A program made the translations under genes and the position numbers. Positions 1 through 10,326 of a stretch of DNA of 64,000 nt are shown here, in pieces. The DNA is from Candidatus Heimdallarchaeum aukensis (lineage in GTDB: Archaea; Asgardarchaeota; Heimdallarchaeia; Heimdallarchaeales; Heimdallarchaeaceae): contig CP084166.1 of NCBI GenBank assembly GCA_021513695.1, positions 2,048,001-2,112,000 of the forward strand. The letters are read 5' to 3'. The notes under the pieces are model-generated. The model was not told the origin of the DNA, did not search any database, and saw nothing but the letters and a program-made list of their open reading frames with translations. How positions within the stretch are numbered: the first letter of the stretch is position 1; each line of letters begins with the position of its first letter.

Positions 1-1
1 T

Positions 2-3000
2 TTAGTAGGTGTAGGAGAGAGTACAGAGCAGTATATTGCTACAATCAGCAGAGAAGAAAAAACGATTACTTATTCCGCTATTCTAAGTTCAGCAGAGGAG
101 CAAGAACAGTGGAAATATTTCTATATTAGCCTTTATCAGCTTGCGAGACATATTCCTAAAGAATTACTTGTAGATAATTATTCAAATGGAAATAAAGAGG
201 TTGATCTATTAGATGAAAATTACCCTGTTTCTGGTATAATTTCTGATGCAAAAATGGTCGTTAATTATGAAGGTTCATATGTGGAAAAAATCATCCAATT
301 AGAAAAAGGAGCAAATCAAAATCTATACATTTCTGACTTGAAATCTACAATTACTAACATCCATAGCGCATATCCTTACGAAAATGCTTTATCTTCTTTG
401 CCTGAGGAAATAAAATGGAAAAAATATGATGTTCCATTTGATGGGTATATTCCTCTTGATAATGTCTATCTTGATGATTTTGACGGTAGTTCGTATTATA
501 TCTACGATGTAGTGGTTTATGTTGATGCTTCCACTTATTCTAAAGTACATTTAACAGTTGAAACTGAGGGATCTTTTGTTCTTTCTAACCGCTACTCTAT
601 AATATTACAAAAGATGGGTTTTTCAAACGAAGTTGTTTCTACAGTCTTTAGCGCACAACAAGGATATACTCCCTTGTATCTTCACGTTGTTTTTCCAAAA
701 ACAGCTTTTAATCAGAATATACGCATTCAATACATCTCCAATGGAGGAGTGGCTATAAGTGCTGAAAACAATAGAGAAGGAGATGCCATATCAGAGTGGT
801 TGATCTCTACTCCTTTCTATTCGGAAAAAAATGAGGACACCGTTGATTATCTTAATTTTATTTCACAAGTTACACCTATGGAAGGAGAGCGATTCGAAAA
901 AAGAGTAGTAGATTCAGAAGGATTTACCCACACAGAAACAATAGAATTTTCTGAATTCACTTTTCCTGGATTTTGTCCTATCTTAGACTTTGTTCCTCAT
1001 GCTGTTCCTTCAGGTTATTCTGTTATTCTCACTACTACGCTCGATTTCGCCAAAAGTTTGAACACTTCCTTAGTTCTACTTCTAAACAAAGAAAGTGGCA
1101 TAACAATACAATCCTTACTTTGGGATGAGACTCCACTTCTTTACATCAATGAAGGAGTATTTAACGAAATTGACTCCGATTTGGAAAATGGTATGATTAC
1201 TATACCTTTGAATAGTGAAGGGTTAACTGTCAACAGTCTCTTTTCTCCTAAAGAAAACAACCCTAATGAGTATGGTTTCATAGAAAACGACCCTGATTAT
1301 AACTTTCATTTTTCATCTTCTGACCCTTATAGTATAAAAACATCCTCTGTTAACCCTGATTCTGTTATTTTGAACAACAAAGGCATTCACAGAATAGTTA
1401 TCCAATTAACCTTTCCTTCTCCTTATAATACAGATTTTGGAATATATTTGGAAAATGTAGATGATAGCGTGCGAACTGTTTTATCTCCCTCAGATAAAGC
1501 AATAGACTTTCATGCAATCGCACAGAAGAACTTTATTCAATTTGAAAACGATCTTCATCAACCTCAAACTCTTGCTCAATTAGAGAAAAACGAGAATACT
1601 TTATTTAAATCACGATATTTCAAAGATGACTATGGTCAATACCATTCCTATAGAATTTATAGTCTTGGCTTTTCTGATGAATACACCTTAGATAAAGGAA
1701 AGAAATGGAAAATATATGATGGTGATACTGATGATTCTAACGATGTTATCTATGAAAGTACAGCTCACTACAATTGGAAACATGTAATAGGAAAGATGAA
1801 TTTTGCAATTGTTATAGATGAAGGAACTCCACAAGTTTTGCAATTGCCTTTTAATTTTCTAGTAGGTTACATGGTCTTTTGTGATTGGCTAGATACAAAT
1901 GGAGATGGATTAGAAGATACATGTGCTCCTTATATAGGTCTAGCAGACCCCTTAGATGCTAGTTCTACTTACGATGATGTAAAAAAAGGTGTAGTGTATA
2001 ATACAGAGGAAGAGAAGAAAATAAGTTATGATGTTACTGATGAACAACAAGCAGAACTCAAGAATCTTACTGTACGCCAATCGTTGATATCTTCTCTTTC
2101 AACTACAGTAATTACAAAAACAGAAGAAACCATCCCCTTATCCTACACTTCTGACGAAATAGCTGCTATTCAAAACAATGGATTAACTCTTGATCGTTAT
2201 CTTCATTCTTTAATAGAAAATGACTATTTGACCTACTCTGAAGATATTGCAAGAGTAGAAATAACTATTAGTTCTTCAAATAATAAAGAAATTGACCTTG
2301 CTTATGATTATGATAAAGAAATATTGTTCACCCACAGTGTTGATAATGCTACAGGAGAAGAAGAAAAAATAGTCTATGATTTTAGATATGACTGTTTTTC
2401 TGTCCTCACTCCTGATGCTCTTGCTAACGACAACTACAGAGTAGATTTTTATACTTTTAATAATAAACTAAGTCTCTATGATACCGATTTGTATAAACTT
2501 AAAGAAACGCCTAATTCTTACGGATTGTTAGATGATCCACAAACTCTTTCACCTATGGTAGTCTTAGAAAATTATAACTATGAAATAAAAGAAACAGTTA
2601 ATAGTCTTGATTCAAAAGATGAAGAAATTTTAAACAATAGTCCAACAACAATTGTAGACGCTTTTGTTCAAGGATTAAGTCTTTCTCAACTAAGCGTGGA
2701 AATGTATGATGCTGAAATAGAGATGGATTATTACAGTTTAGATCTCTTCTATTCTGTTTTCTTTAATGAATATTTGACTCTACAACAATTCTTCTATTCT
2801 CAAGAAACATTAAATAACAACCAGAATTATCAGTATTATCCTACTGGGACAATCCAATTTGCTAAATGGATTAGTTCAATACTTAACTCCTATATAATCC
2901 AACAATCAGACAAATTATTTGATGAATACCAAAACCGTACTTCTCGATATGATTCAGAGAAAAAAGCTATAGCTGCTATGTCCTTTTTGTTAGACCTTAT

Positions 3001-6000
3001 TATTCCTTATCGCGGATTCAAAACCTACGGTTCGGAACCTAAACCAGAAGAGACTCATCACCCACGTTTCTCTAGTTATGTGGACTTCAAATATAGTCTA
3101 GTTATGTTTTGGGGATTAATCTTAGGTAATAGTGCAGGCTGTGGAATACCTAAAAATTCTGTCTCTCTGTTTAGCGAGAGTGAGAGAACTGGAAAACTCT
3201 TGATGATTGACGAATTATGGGATAAAGCTATTAAACACTGGAACTTGGCAGATAAAAGTAGAATAGATGATCCTAGCGAATATTTGCCCTATACTGACCG
3301 AGCTGTAGTAGACAAAATACTGTTTGACGCCAGAGTAAGAGGAGATGAAGCTATGATCGACTGGATAACAAATGAAGATTATAGTGCTGAGGCTTATTAC
3401 ATGCAACCCTATGGAGTGGATTATTCGATCTATTACTGGTTGAAGGCTTTTACTATTCAACAAGGATATGACCCTTATGCTATCAAGGTTTACACCATTG
3501 AAGAGATGAATAGTCAAGAGAGAGAAGATTTTGACGAAAATTATTTTGTTATAGGCGTTCCTGTTTCCACAATCGAAGACCAATATTTAGAATATAACTG
3601 GTTTGTAAGTCTAGATAAAGAAACACGTGTGCCCACTTCTGCTACATCACAACTAATAGACTTTATCCCTCTTGTATTCGGTCAAAGTTCTAATCCACAT
3701 ATAAGAACAATGATGAAAATAATTAAAAGATTAGGAAATGCAGCAAAAGGAGAAAATTTCGGTTATAATACTTTTAGCATGAGTGAATTCAGCTTAATCG
3801 TTACTTTAGAATTTTTAGTTAATCTTGTAGATATAGGCGCTTTACTTATTGATATCAGAGATGCCTATATAGGAGCTACTCCTTTCATACGCAAAATGTC
3901 GCTCATGCAAATACCAATGGATATACTAGATTTGTTCACTCCAGGACCTTTTTCTCTCGTAGGAAATACAATGAATAAAATTTTCAAATCTATAGTCGGA
4001 GACGTTACCTTAGAAGTAAATAGGATAACAAAAACATTTAATTTACTAGATATTGTACAAAATTTCCCAAAAGGAGAGTGGAAAAGCATTGCTCGAGCAG
4101 CAGGAAAATCAGAACTAATGATCTGGATAGTTGGAGCAGCACAAGTGACTTACCGTTTCTCTAAACTAGCCAATCAATTCTATCAATGGTTCTTCTTCCT
4201 CCCGCAAAAGATTTTCATGAGTAGTTTACAAATAACTTTAGGGTCATTCATGATATTTGCCTCTAAAATGATTTATGCCATCAGAAGAATGGATATCGAA
4301 GAAGCAATGTTGTTAAACATTAAAGCGCAAAAATACTTCAACCAAGGACTAGATGATACCGCTAAAATGACAAGAGCTATATTAAGCCATCCAAAAATGC
4401 TAGCAAGATTTGGAACTGAAGAACTTATAGAACGAGCAAATATAGTAGCAAAATATTACATGAACATTATTATAAAGAAAGTAATGGAATTGGAAGCAAC
4501 ATCAAAAGCAATACTAGAATCGGTTGAAAAGTCACGCTTCTATGTTATGATGGCCTTAAGATATGCTACACATATGTACATGAACACCCCAGGAGGAGTA
4601 GGTATACACTTCTCTCCCAATTTAATTGATAATGAGAAAGAAACTGAAGGAATAAGACATTTCAACACCGTGGATAATATTTTGCCAAAATTAGAATATG
4701 AAATAGCAATGTATTACTGGAAGCATGAATATCTAGCGGATGATGAAAAAATAAAAGAGTATAATAGTGAAAAATTCAATTTCAGAGATGTAGAAAGCGC
4801 AAAAATACATATAACTATAGCTTTTTCATCTATTGCTGCAATACATTCGACACCAGAATCATTCCAAAGATATAAAGAACTACTAGAATACACAGATAAG
4901 AGGTTAATAGAAATAAAAAATGAAAAGGGTGAAAATCTAGAGTATACACCTATATGGTGGATTTTACATTTGCCTGTTGATCCCTCGCTACAAAAACTAG
5001 CCCTTAGCCACATATTTGATGAATCACCTGCAGTTTCACTGCTTCTAAAAGTTCTAATGGTAGAGAAAGGTCTTAACGAAGACTTATTAGAAAATAATAT
5101 CGACGATATAGATGAATACAATAAAGAAGTTCATTCCATTTTAGATCAAATTTTATCTTCTTCCCCCCTAAATATAAGTCATAAAGTCTTTATCCTTGAA
5201 AAAGATGAAAAAGGGAATCATATCTGGAAAGCAAGAATTTTAGATTTGTTAGGGCAATCTGAAGGATCATTAACTAAGTTAAGGACACGAGATGAATATA
5301 TTAAGTGGTCTGTAATCGGTAGAACAGGAATAGACTTGTTAGGCCTTTTCGGAAGTGAAGAATTAAAAAACTATTTTCCCAAAGGAGTAAGAAATGCTTT
5401 AACTGCTAGAAATGATCAAACTTCAATAATCTATGAGCTTATATGTATGGGATTATTAGATTTTAGATTTTATACAGATGATAAAAATGTAAAGGATCAA
5501 TTAAAAATTGATTTTCCAGAGCATGACTTTGAAAAAGAACCCAGTATTAGCATTGCTGAATTAGCTAAAAAATATAGTAAATATGATATTCTAGAATTAT
5601 TTGAAAAAAGTAATTTTATTAGACAGACTCTTATAAGTAATGGAGTAGACGGATTAATACACAGTACAAAAATAGGAAAGTCTCTTTATTCTGTTAAAGA
5701 TTCAACGGGAATATTCAATAAAGCTAATTCAAAAAATATTTTATACTCTGTAGCAGCTGAAAATGCATATATAGGTCATGGAAGTGTTATTTATTATTAT
5801 GATAAGCTACAAGGTGATATTATCACGGATATAGATAATAAATTGATATACAATGCTAGATATTATGATCCTACAGCTTCAAAATCACCTAAACCTTTTG
5901 TTCCAGGCGATGCAATATTACTCTATGATTCCAATGTAAATCGTTATCTGTTTTTAAGAACTAATTTTCCTGAGGACACTATGCTAAATCAAAATCAGAA

Positions 6001-8641
6001 ACTAGATGAATATAGTGGTTTTAAAAGAGAAATTAACGTGTTTTGGTTTCAAATAAACAAAGATACAAATGAGGGAGAGATAGTTTATGATACATTAGAA
6101 CACTATTGTTATGAAAATGAAAAACTGAAGGAAGGAATAAAAGTTGTTGGAACGGAGGATATTTTGCAAGAGGTAGATAAGTTTCATCCAAAGAGAAATA
6201 AAATAAGAAGTAGTCAACCTATAATATCAATAGAAGCAAAGCAAAATGGAGGGAACATAGATTACGTTGTCTCAATGGATGAACAACTTCCTTTATTTAG
6301 GTTTATAGGTGGAGATTATTCAACTGCAACAGAAAAAGACATCAATTTTGCTAGTTTTCTTTACCCAAGAAAACATTCCAACGATATTGTTTTCGGATTG
6401 CAAGATGATAACTTAGATTTTATCGATGAAAAGGGTTTATGGCCTATCCATATGGGTTTAAGCCCAGGAAGGTTTACATACAACGTGCAAAACATATATT
6501 TAGATGAGATTAATTCAGCAAAAGCGTTATTGGATAAATTAGATGAATTAGATAACTTGCCTGTAGTAGAAGTTAAAACAAAGGATAATGAATATATAAC
6601 TCGACCAGCAACAGTTCAGGAAGTAAATCAACAGAGAGTATATGAGTTAATTAGATGGTACTCTACAAGTCAAGTGTATACTTATTATGTGTCTAGTTTA
6701 AATAAAGAAAATAAAGCATTTTTGTGCAGAGCATATCTAGATGATTGGAATGCAGCTAAATCGTTAGGTGAAATCATAGAAATAGCAGAAGATACTAATG
6801 GAAATCTATACCAGAAATATGGTTATGAGAATAAACAAGAATATCTAACCTTTAGAATGAATGTTATTCAAACAATAATAAACGAACAAGAACAGTTCTA
6901 TAAATACAAGTTTAAAGATGAAAGTGATTTAACAAAAGAAGAAAAGTTGGTAATATTTCTAAAAGAACAAAAAGAATTTTTTGAAAGATTACATAATGAC
7001 GCTGCTAAAATAGAGGCATTTCAAGAACCATTTTTTTCAAACTTGAGACTAGACATTAAAGAAGTCGATACATATAATGTACTTAATTATCGCAGTTTAG
7101 AATCGTCAATTGAATTACTTTTATTAAATAGATTTGACTCGTATAATAAGATACACTTATTCGAAGGAGATGTACCTTTTTCAAGAAACCCGATGAAATT
7201 CGGTTTCGATAATGTAATTGTCCAAATAGGTACGAGAGCATTCATAAACAAGGTCAAAGAAGAGGGAATATTAGATTTTGATGAAGATAAAAATTCAGTA
7301 TTAGAACTAGCTAATAAAGTATTTAAAAGAAAAACAGTTATAAAACCATTAATCCGCGGACCAATAAAAGCAAAATCAATTGCTTTTCTCCAACATGAAG
7401 AAACAATGGCTAAACTGAACAATTATAAAACATTGCAAAAAATATCCAAAGAAGAAATAAGGCTCTGGAAACTTTACAACAAAAAATTAGATAATGAAAA
7501 AGGCCATTTGACTGTAGAGCAACTATACGAAATAGAAGAAGAGTTCAACAATATAAATGGAAAAAATATAGTAGGAAAACAAGGAGCAGGGATGACAGTA
7601 ATAGAAGATGGAAACACATATGTTGTAAAAATATACAGTCTCATCAGTGATTTAAGATATAATAACAAAATTCATGCAGGTAGTGAGGCAAATAAGTATG
7701 ATATTGCAGAAAGAGTGTTGGGACTAGCACAACACATAAAGTACGTAGCAAAGGAAGGAAGAATATACATTAATTATGCAATGGCAAACATTCTTTATCT
7801 GATAAAAACACTAACAAACGGTAAAATGGAAATAGATGACGTCCAGAATCTAAGGGACCTGGGAAATCCAAAGGAATTAGAAGCTATACTAGTAAATAAT
7901 TTAGGGGAAGAAAGAACAAAAGAAATACTAAATATTTTAGAAGAAGTAACCATAAGAACGAAAAGAAAAATAAAACAAGGAAAAGATTATTCCATAGAAA
8001 ATATAGAAAAAGGACAATCGTTGGCTTTTCAAATTGGATATGTGGATCTGAAAAATATAACCCCTGAGGTAAGAGGAAAATTAAGGCTACAAGGGATGTT
8101 ATTGAGAGAAATCTTGATGTTACTGGATATAATATATGGACTATATTATACAGGAAGAAATTATATGAAACGCCTAGATATTAATTTAGCGCAAACAACA
8201 GTAATTTTCGAAAAAACAACGGAAGAAGGCAAAACAATACTAAAATTAAAAGACGTAAAAACAAGCACAGAACAAGAAATGAATGGAGAGTTCATATCAT
8301 CACTGAACGATTTCGACCAAAAAACAGCATCAATAATAGAAAAACTGGCTGAAACTAAATATTCATCAGTATTTGGACCAGAATTTATGACTAGAGAACA
8401 ATTAAGAAAATTGGTAGATGAAATAATAGAAGAATATGAGAGTATACTAAAATTGAAAATAAGAAAATTCAATGAAATATTAACTCAAGACGATATGGAA
8501 GTAGAACTAGTAGCAAAGAAATTCAAAATAGAAGAATTGCTAAAAATGCTAACACCTAAAGGATTATGGTCAATGTACGAGCAAAAGAAAAGAAATAATG
8601 AAAAAAGAGGACAAACAAAAATAACAGACTTCCTAATTTAA
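2..8641 (+). CDS. giant hypothetical membrane-associated protein, 5'-partial (ORF open to window edge)
   Basis: One uninterrupted frame. Frame 2 has no stop between nt 2 and the first ATG at 254, so the ORF continues upstream of the window. Hydrophobic helices are encoded at about 3780-4290 (FSLIVTLEFLVNLVDIGALLIDI, ELMIWIVGAAQV, LQITLGSFMIFASKMIYAI). I recognise no catalytic motif. Confidence 0.75.
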   Translation, partial: LVGVGESTEQYIATISREEKTITYSAILSSAEEQEQWKYFYISLYQLARHIPKELLVDNYSNGNKEVDLLDENYPVSGIISDAKMVVNYEGSYVEKIIQLEKGANQNLYISDLKSTITNIHSAYPYENALSSLPEEIKWKKYDVPFDGYIPLDNVYLDDFDGSSYYIYDVVVYVDASTYSKVHLTVETEGSFVLSNRYSIILQKMGFSNEVVSTVFSAQQGYTPLYLHVVFPKTAFNQNIRIQYISNGGVAISAENNREGDAISEWLISTPFYSEKNEDTVDYLNFISQVTPMEGERFEKRVVDSEGFTHTETIEFSEFTFPGFCPILDFVPHAVPSGYSVILTTTLDFAKSLNTSLVLLLNKESGITIQSLLWDETPLLYINEGVFNEIDSDLENGMITIPLNSEGLTVNSLFSPKENNPNEYGFIENDPDYNFHFSSSDPYSIKTSSVNPDSVILNNKGIHRIVIQLTFPSPYNTDFGIYLENVDDSVRTVLSPSDKAIDFHAIAQKNFIQFENDLHQPQTLAQLEKNENTLFKSRYFKDDYGQYHSYRIYSLGFSDEYTLDKGKKWKIYDGDTDDSNDVIYESTAHYNWKHVIGKMNFAIVIDEGTPQVLQLPFNFLVGYMVFCDWLDTNGDGLEDTCAPYIGLADPLDASSTYDDVKKGVVYNTEEEKKISYDVTDEQQAELKNLTVRQSLISSLSTTVITKTEETIPLSYTSDEIAAIQNNGLTLDRYLHSLIENDYLTYSEDIARVEITISSSNNKEIDLAYDYDKEILFTHSVDNATGEEEKIVYDFRYDCFSVLTPDALANDNYRVDFYTFNNKLSLYDTDLYKLKETPNSYGLLDDPQTLSPMVVLENYNYEIKETVNSLDSKDEEILNNSPTTIVDAFVQGLSLSQLSVEMYDAEIEMDYYSLDLFYSVFFNEYLTLQQFFYSQETLNNNQNYQYYPTGTIQFAKWISSILNSYIIQQSDKLFDEYQNRTSRYDSEKKAIAAMSFLLDLIIPYRGFKTYGSEPKPEETHHPRFSSYVDFKYSLVMFWGLILGNSAGCGIPKNSVSLFSESERTGKLLMIDELWDKAIKHWNLADKSRIDDPSEYLPYTDRAVVDKILFDARVRGDEAMIDWITNEDYSAEAYYMQPYGVDYSIYYWLKAFTIQQGYDPYAIKVYTIEEMNSQEREDFDENYFVIGVPVSTIEDQYLEYNWFVSLDKETRVPTSATSQLIDFIPLVFGQSSNPHIRTMMKIIKRLGNAAKGENFGYNTFSMSEFSLIVTLEFLVNLVDIGALLIDIRDAYIGATPFIRKMSLMQIPMDILDLFTPGPFSLVGNTMNKIFKSIVGDVTLEVNRITKTFNLLDIVQNFPKGEWKSIARAAGKSELMIWIVGAAQVTYRFSKLANQFYQWFFFLPQKIFMSSLQITLGSFMIFASKMIYAIRRMDIEEAMLLNIKAQKYFNQGLDDTAKMTRAILSHPKMLARFGTEELIERANIVAKYYMNIIIKKVMELEATSKAILESVEKSRFYVMMALRYATHMYMNTPGGVGIHFSPNLIDNEKETEGIRHFNTVDNILPKLEYEIAMYYWKHEYLADDEKIKEYNSEKFNFRDVESAKIHITIAFSSIAAIHSTPESFQRYKELLEYTDKRLIEIKNEKGENLEYTPIWWILHLPVDPSLQKLALSHIFDESPAVSLLLKVLMVEKGLNEDLLENNIDDIDEYNKEVHSILDQILSSSPLNISHKVFILEKDEKGNHIWKARILDLLGQSEGSLTKLRTRDEYIKWSVIGRTGIDLLGLFGSEELKNYFPKGVRNALTARNDQTSIIYELICMGLLDFRFYTDDKNVKDQLKIDFPEHDFEKEPSISIAELAKKYSKYDILELFEKSNFIRQTLISNGVDGLIHSTKIGKSLYSVKDSTGIFNKANSKNILYSVAAENAYIGHGSVIYYYDKLQGDIITDIDNKLIYNARYYDPTASKSPKPFVPGDAILLYDSNVNRYLFLRTNFPEDTMLNQNQKLDEYSGFKREINVFWFQINKDTNEGEIVYDTLEHYCYENEKLKEGIKVVGTEDILQEVDKFHPKRNKIRSSQPIISIEAKQNGGNIDYVVSMDEQLPLFRFIGGDYSTATEKDINFASFLYPRKHSNDIVFGLQDDNLDFIDEKGLWPIHMGLSPGRFTYNVQNIYLDEINSAKALLDKLDELDNLPVVEVKTKDNEYITRPATVQEVNQQRVYELIRWYSTSQVYTYYVSSLNKENKAFLCRAYLDDWNAAKSLGEIIEIAEDTNGNLYQKYGYENKQEYLTFRMNVIQTIINEQEQFYKYKFKDESDLTKEEKLVIFLKEQKEFFERLHNDAAKIEAFQEPFFSNLRLDIKEVDTYNVLNYRSLESSIELLLLNRFDSYNKIHLFEGDVPFSRNPMKFGFDNVIVQIGTRAFINKVKEEGILDFDEDKNSVLELANKVFKRKTVIKPLIRGPIKAKSIAFLQHEETMAKLNNYKTLQKISKEEIRLWKLYNKKLDNEKGHLTVEQLYEIEEEFNNINGKNIVGKQGAGMTVIEDGNTYVVKIYSLISDLRYNNKIHAGSEANKYDIAERVLGLAQHIKYVAKEGRIYINYAMANILYLIKTLTNGKMEIDDVQNLRDLGNPKELEAILVNNLGEERTKEILNILEEVTIRTKRKIKQGKDYSIENIEKGQSLAFQIGYVDLKNITPEVRGKLRLQGMLLREILMLLDIIYGLYYTGRNYMKRLDINLAQTTVIFEKTTEEGKTILKLKDVKTSTEQEMNGEFISSLNDFDQKTASIIEKLAETKYSSVFGPEFMTREQLRKLVDEIIEEYESILKLKIRKFNEILTQDDMEVELVAKKFKIEELLKMLTPKGLWSMYEQKKRNNEKRGQTKITDFLI

Positions 8642-8664
8642 AAATAGTAAATAAAGAAAAAAAC

Positions 8665-8768
8665 TGGTGCGTCAACCGGGAATTGAACCCGGGCCGTCGA
8701 ATCTCTTCTTGAGGCTTCTAGACGCCATATAATGGAAGTCCGACGTACTACCACTATACTATTGACGC
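8665..8768 (-). tRNA. tRNA-Gly(UCC) with ~30-nt intron at the canonical 37/38 site, CCA encoded
   Basis: Hand-folded cloverleaf. Acceptor GCGTCAA/TTGACGC, D arm GTAT-AGTGGTA-GTAC, anticodon stem TCGGA/TTCGA with loop CT-TCC-A, T arm CCGGG-TTCAATT-CCCGG, then ACCA. Length is 104 nt, so about 30 nt is inserted after position 37. Confidence 0.85.
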
Positions 8769-8984
8769 TTTCTTTGTTTTTTTCTTTCTATTCTTTTGAT
8801 TACCGATTTCTTTTTAACTTTTATGGATTTTGTCTTTTTCTTTTTTTTCTTCTTTCTCTTCTTTTTTTTATTTTTAATTTATGTTTCTCTTCTTTTTTTT
8901 ATTTGTTTAAAATCAATATATTTAAGTAACGTTGTTTTGTTTCTGACTTAAGATATACTAACATTATTTAGAGGAGAATATATT

Positions 8985-9482
8985 ATGAGTTCAGATACAG
9001 TTACTGTTGATCTTTTAGTAGATGGTGGTAAAGCTACCCCTGGTGGTGCTATGGGCCCTGCTCTTGGTCCTACTGGTGTTAATATCAAGCAAGTTGTCGA
9101 TGAAATTAACAAGCAAACTCAAGCTTATAAAGGTATGAAGGTTCCTGTTACTGTTACCGTTTTCAAGAAAACACGTGAGTTTACCCTTTCCGTTGGTATT
9201 CCTCCTGCTTCTGCTCTTATTTTAAAAGAAGCTGGTATTTCCAAGGGTTCTGGTACTCCTAATACTGAGGTTGTTGGTAATATTACTTTTCAACAGTTGA
9301 TCAATGCTGCTAAAGCTAAATGGCCTGATCTTACTGCTGCTACCCTTGCTGCTGCTTGTAAAGAGTTGCTTGGGACCATGGTTTGTATGGGTATTACTTG
9401 TGATGGTAAAGCTCCTCGTGTAGTTCAGAAGGAGATAGATGAAGGAGTATATGATGATATTCTCTCTGAGAATGAGGATTAA
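8985..9482 (+). CDS. rpl11: 50S ribosomal protein uL11
   Basis: The translation DGGKATPGGAMGPALGPTGVNIKQVVDEIN matches the conserved uL11 N-terminal domain. GAGGAG lies about 10 nt upstream of the ATG. Confidence 0.93.
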   Translation: MSSDTVTVDLLVDGGKATPGGAMGPALGPTGVNIKQVVDEINKQTQAYKGMKVPVTVTVFKKTREFTLSVGIPPASALILKEAGISKGSGTPNTEVVGNITFQQLINAAKAKWPDLTAATLAAACKELLGTMVCMGITCDGKAPRVVQKEIDEGVYDDILSENED

Positions 9483-9558
9483 ATTTCGTTATAAACAAAG
9501 TTTATGAATGCTAGTAAAAAATTAAACATGAAGTATATTTAAAATAGAGGTATAGATA

Positions 9559-9753
9559 ATGAGCAAATTTATTAACAATACTCGTTCTTTCGTTATTCGT
9601 AGTAGACGTTTACTTCGTCATGCTAAAAAGCCTAGTCGTCGAGAGCTTTCCATGACTGCTAAAATTACTGCTTTAGGTATTATAGTCATTGGATTAATCG
9701 GTTGGGTTCTTCATCTTATGTTCAACGTTATACTTGACGCTATTAACAAATGA
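9559..9753 (+). CDS. secE: protein translocase subunit SecE / Sec61 gamma
   Basis: 64 aa with a basic N-terminus and one C-terminal TM helix (ITALGIIVIGLIGWVLHLMF). It sits immediately upstream of spt5, as in conserved secE-nusG units. Confidence 0.75.
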   Translation: MSKFINNTRSFVIRSRRLLRHAKKPSRRELSMTAKITALGIIVIGLIGWVLHLMFNVILDAINK

Positions 9754-9799
9754 TATTATTCTTTCTTACGTTTTACTTAAACCTCGTGGAGATGAAATT

Positions 9800-10294
9800 A
9801 TGCCAATATATGCATTGAGAACAGCAATAGGGCAGGAACAATCTGTTTCTGAGTATTTAGCTCGTCGAGCAGATAAACGACCAGAGCTTGATATTAAAGC
9901 TATTTTGGTTACTGGTTCTCTTAAAGGTTATATCTTTATAGAATCAAGTTCAATTGATCACATAGAGTTACTAGTTGAAGGAGTCAGACACGTAAGGAAA
10001 CGTCCTCGTTCTTCTAGAGCTGAAGAGATACCTATTAATGAGCTAGAACATTTTCTTATGCCTCGTCCTGTTATTGAAGGGGTAAACCCTGGTGATATAG
10101 TAGAAATCGTCTCTGGTCCCTTTAAGGGTTCTCGAGCACGTGTCACAGATATTCATTCTGCAAAAGAAGAAGTTACCTTGGAGCTTTTAAGTGTTGATCT
10201 TCAAATACCCGTTACTATTTCTGGAGAATCAATACGCGTTATCGAAAAGGCCGCAACTGAAAAGGAAGAGGAAGAAGGAGAGTATCTTTTATAG
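9800..10294 (+). CDS. spt5: transcription elongation factor Spt5 (NusG homologue)
   Basis: NGN-domain start MPIYALRTAIGQEQSV and KOW motif GDIVEIVSGPFKGSRARV. I placed the start at ATG 9800 instead of the track start 9734, which overlaps secE. Confidence 0.88.
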   Translation: MPIYALRTAIGQEQSVSEYLARRADKRPELDIKAILVTGSLKGYIFIESSSIDHIELLVEGVRHVRKRPRSSRAEEIPINELEHFLMPRPVIEGVNPGDIVEIVSGPFKGSRARVTDIHSAKEEVTLELLSVDLQIPVTISGESIRVIEKAATEKEEEEGEYLL

Positions 10295-10326
10295 ATAACT
10301 AATTATTTTTTGCCTATTTTTCTTTC

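Noticed and set aside
3215-8472. Minus-strand ORFs inside the giant gene (3215-3583, 3865-4089, 4714-5121, 7087-7422, 7474-7668, 8161-8472)
   Set aside because: All are antisense to one continuous long ORF and have low-complexity S/F/I-rich products.
8732-8929. 65-aa ORF
   Set aside because: It overlaps the 5' end of tRNA-Gly and then runs through a homopyrimidine spacer. The F/L/S low-complexity product is composition-driven.
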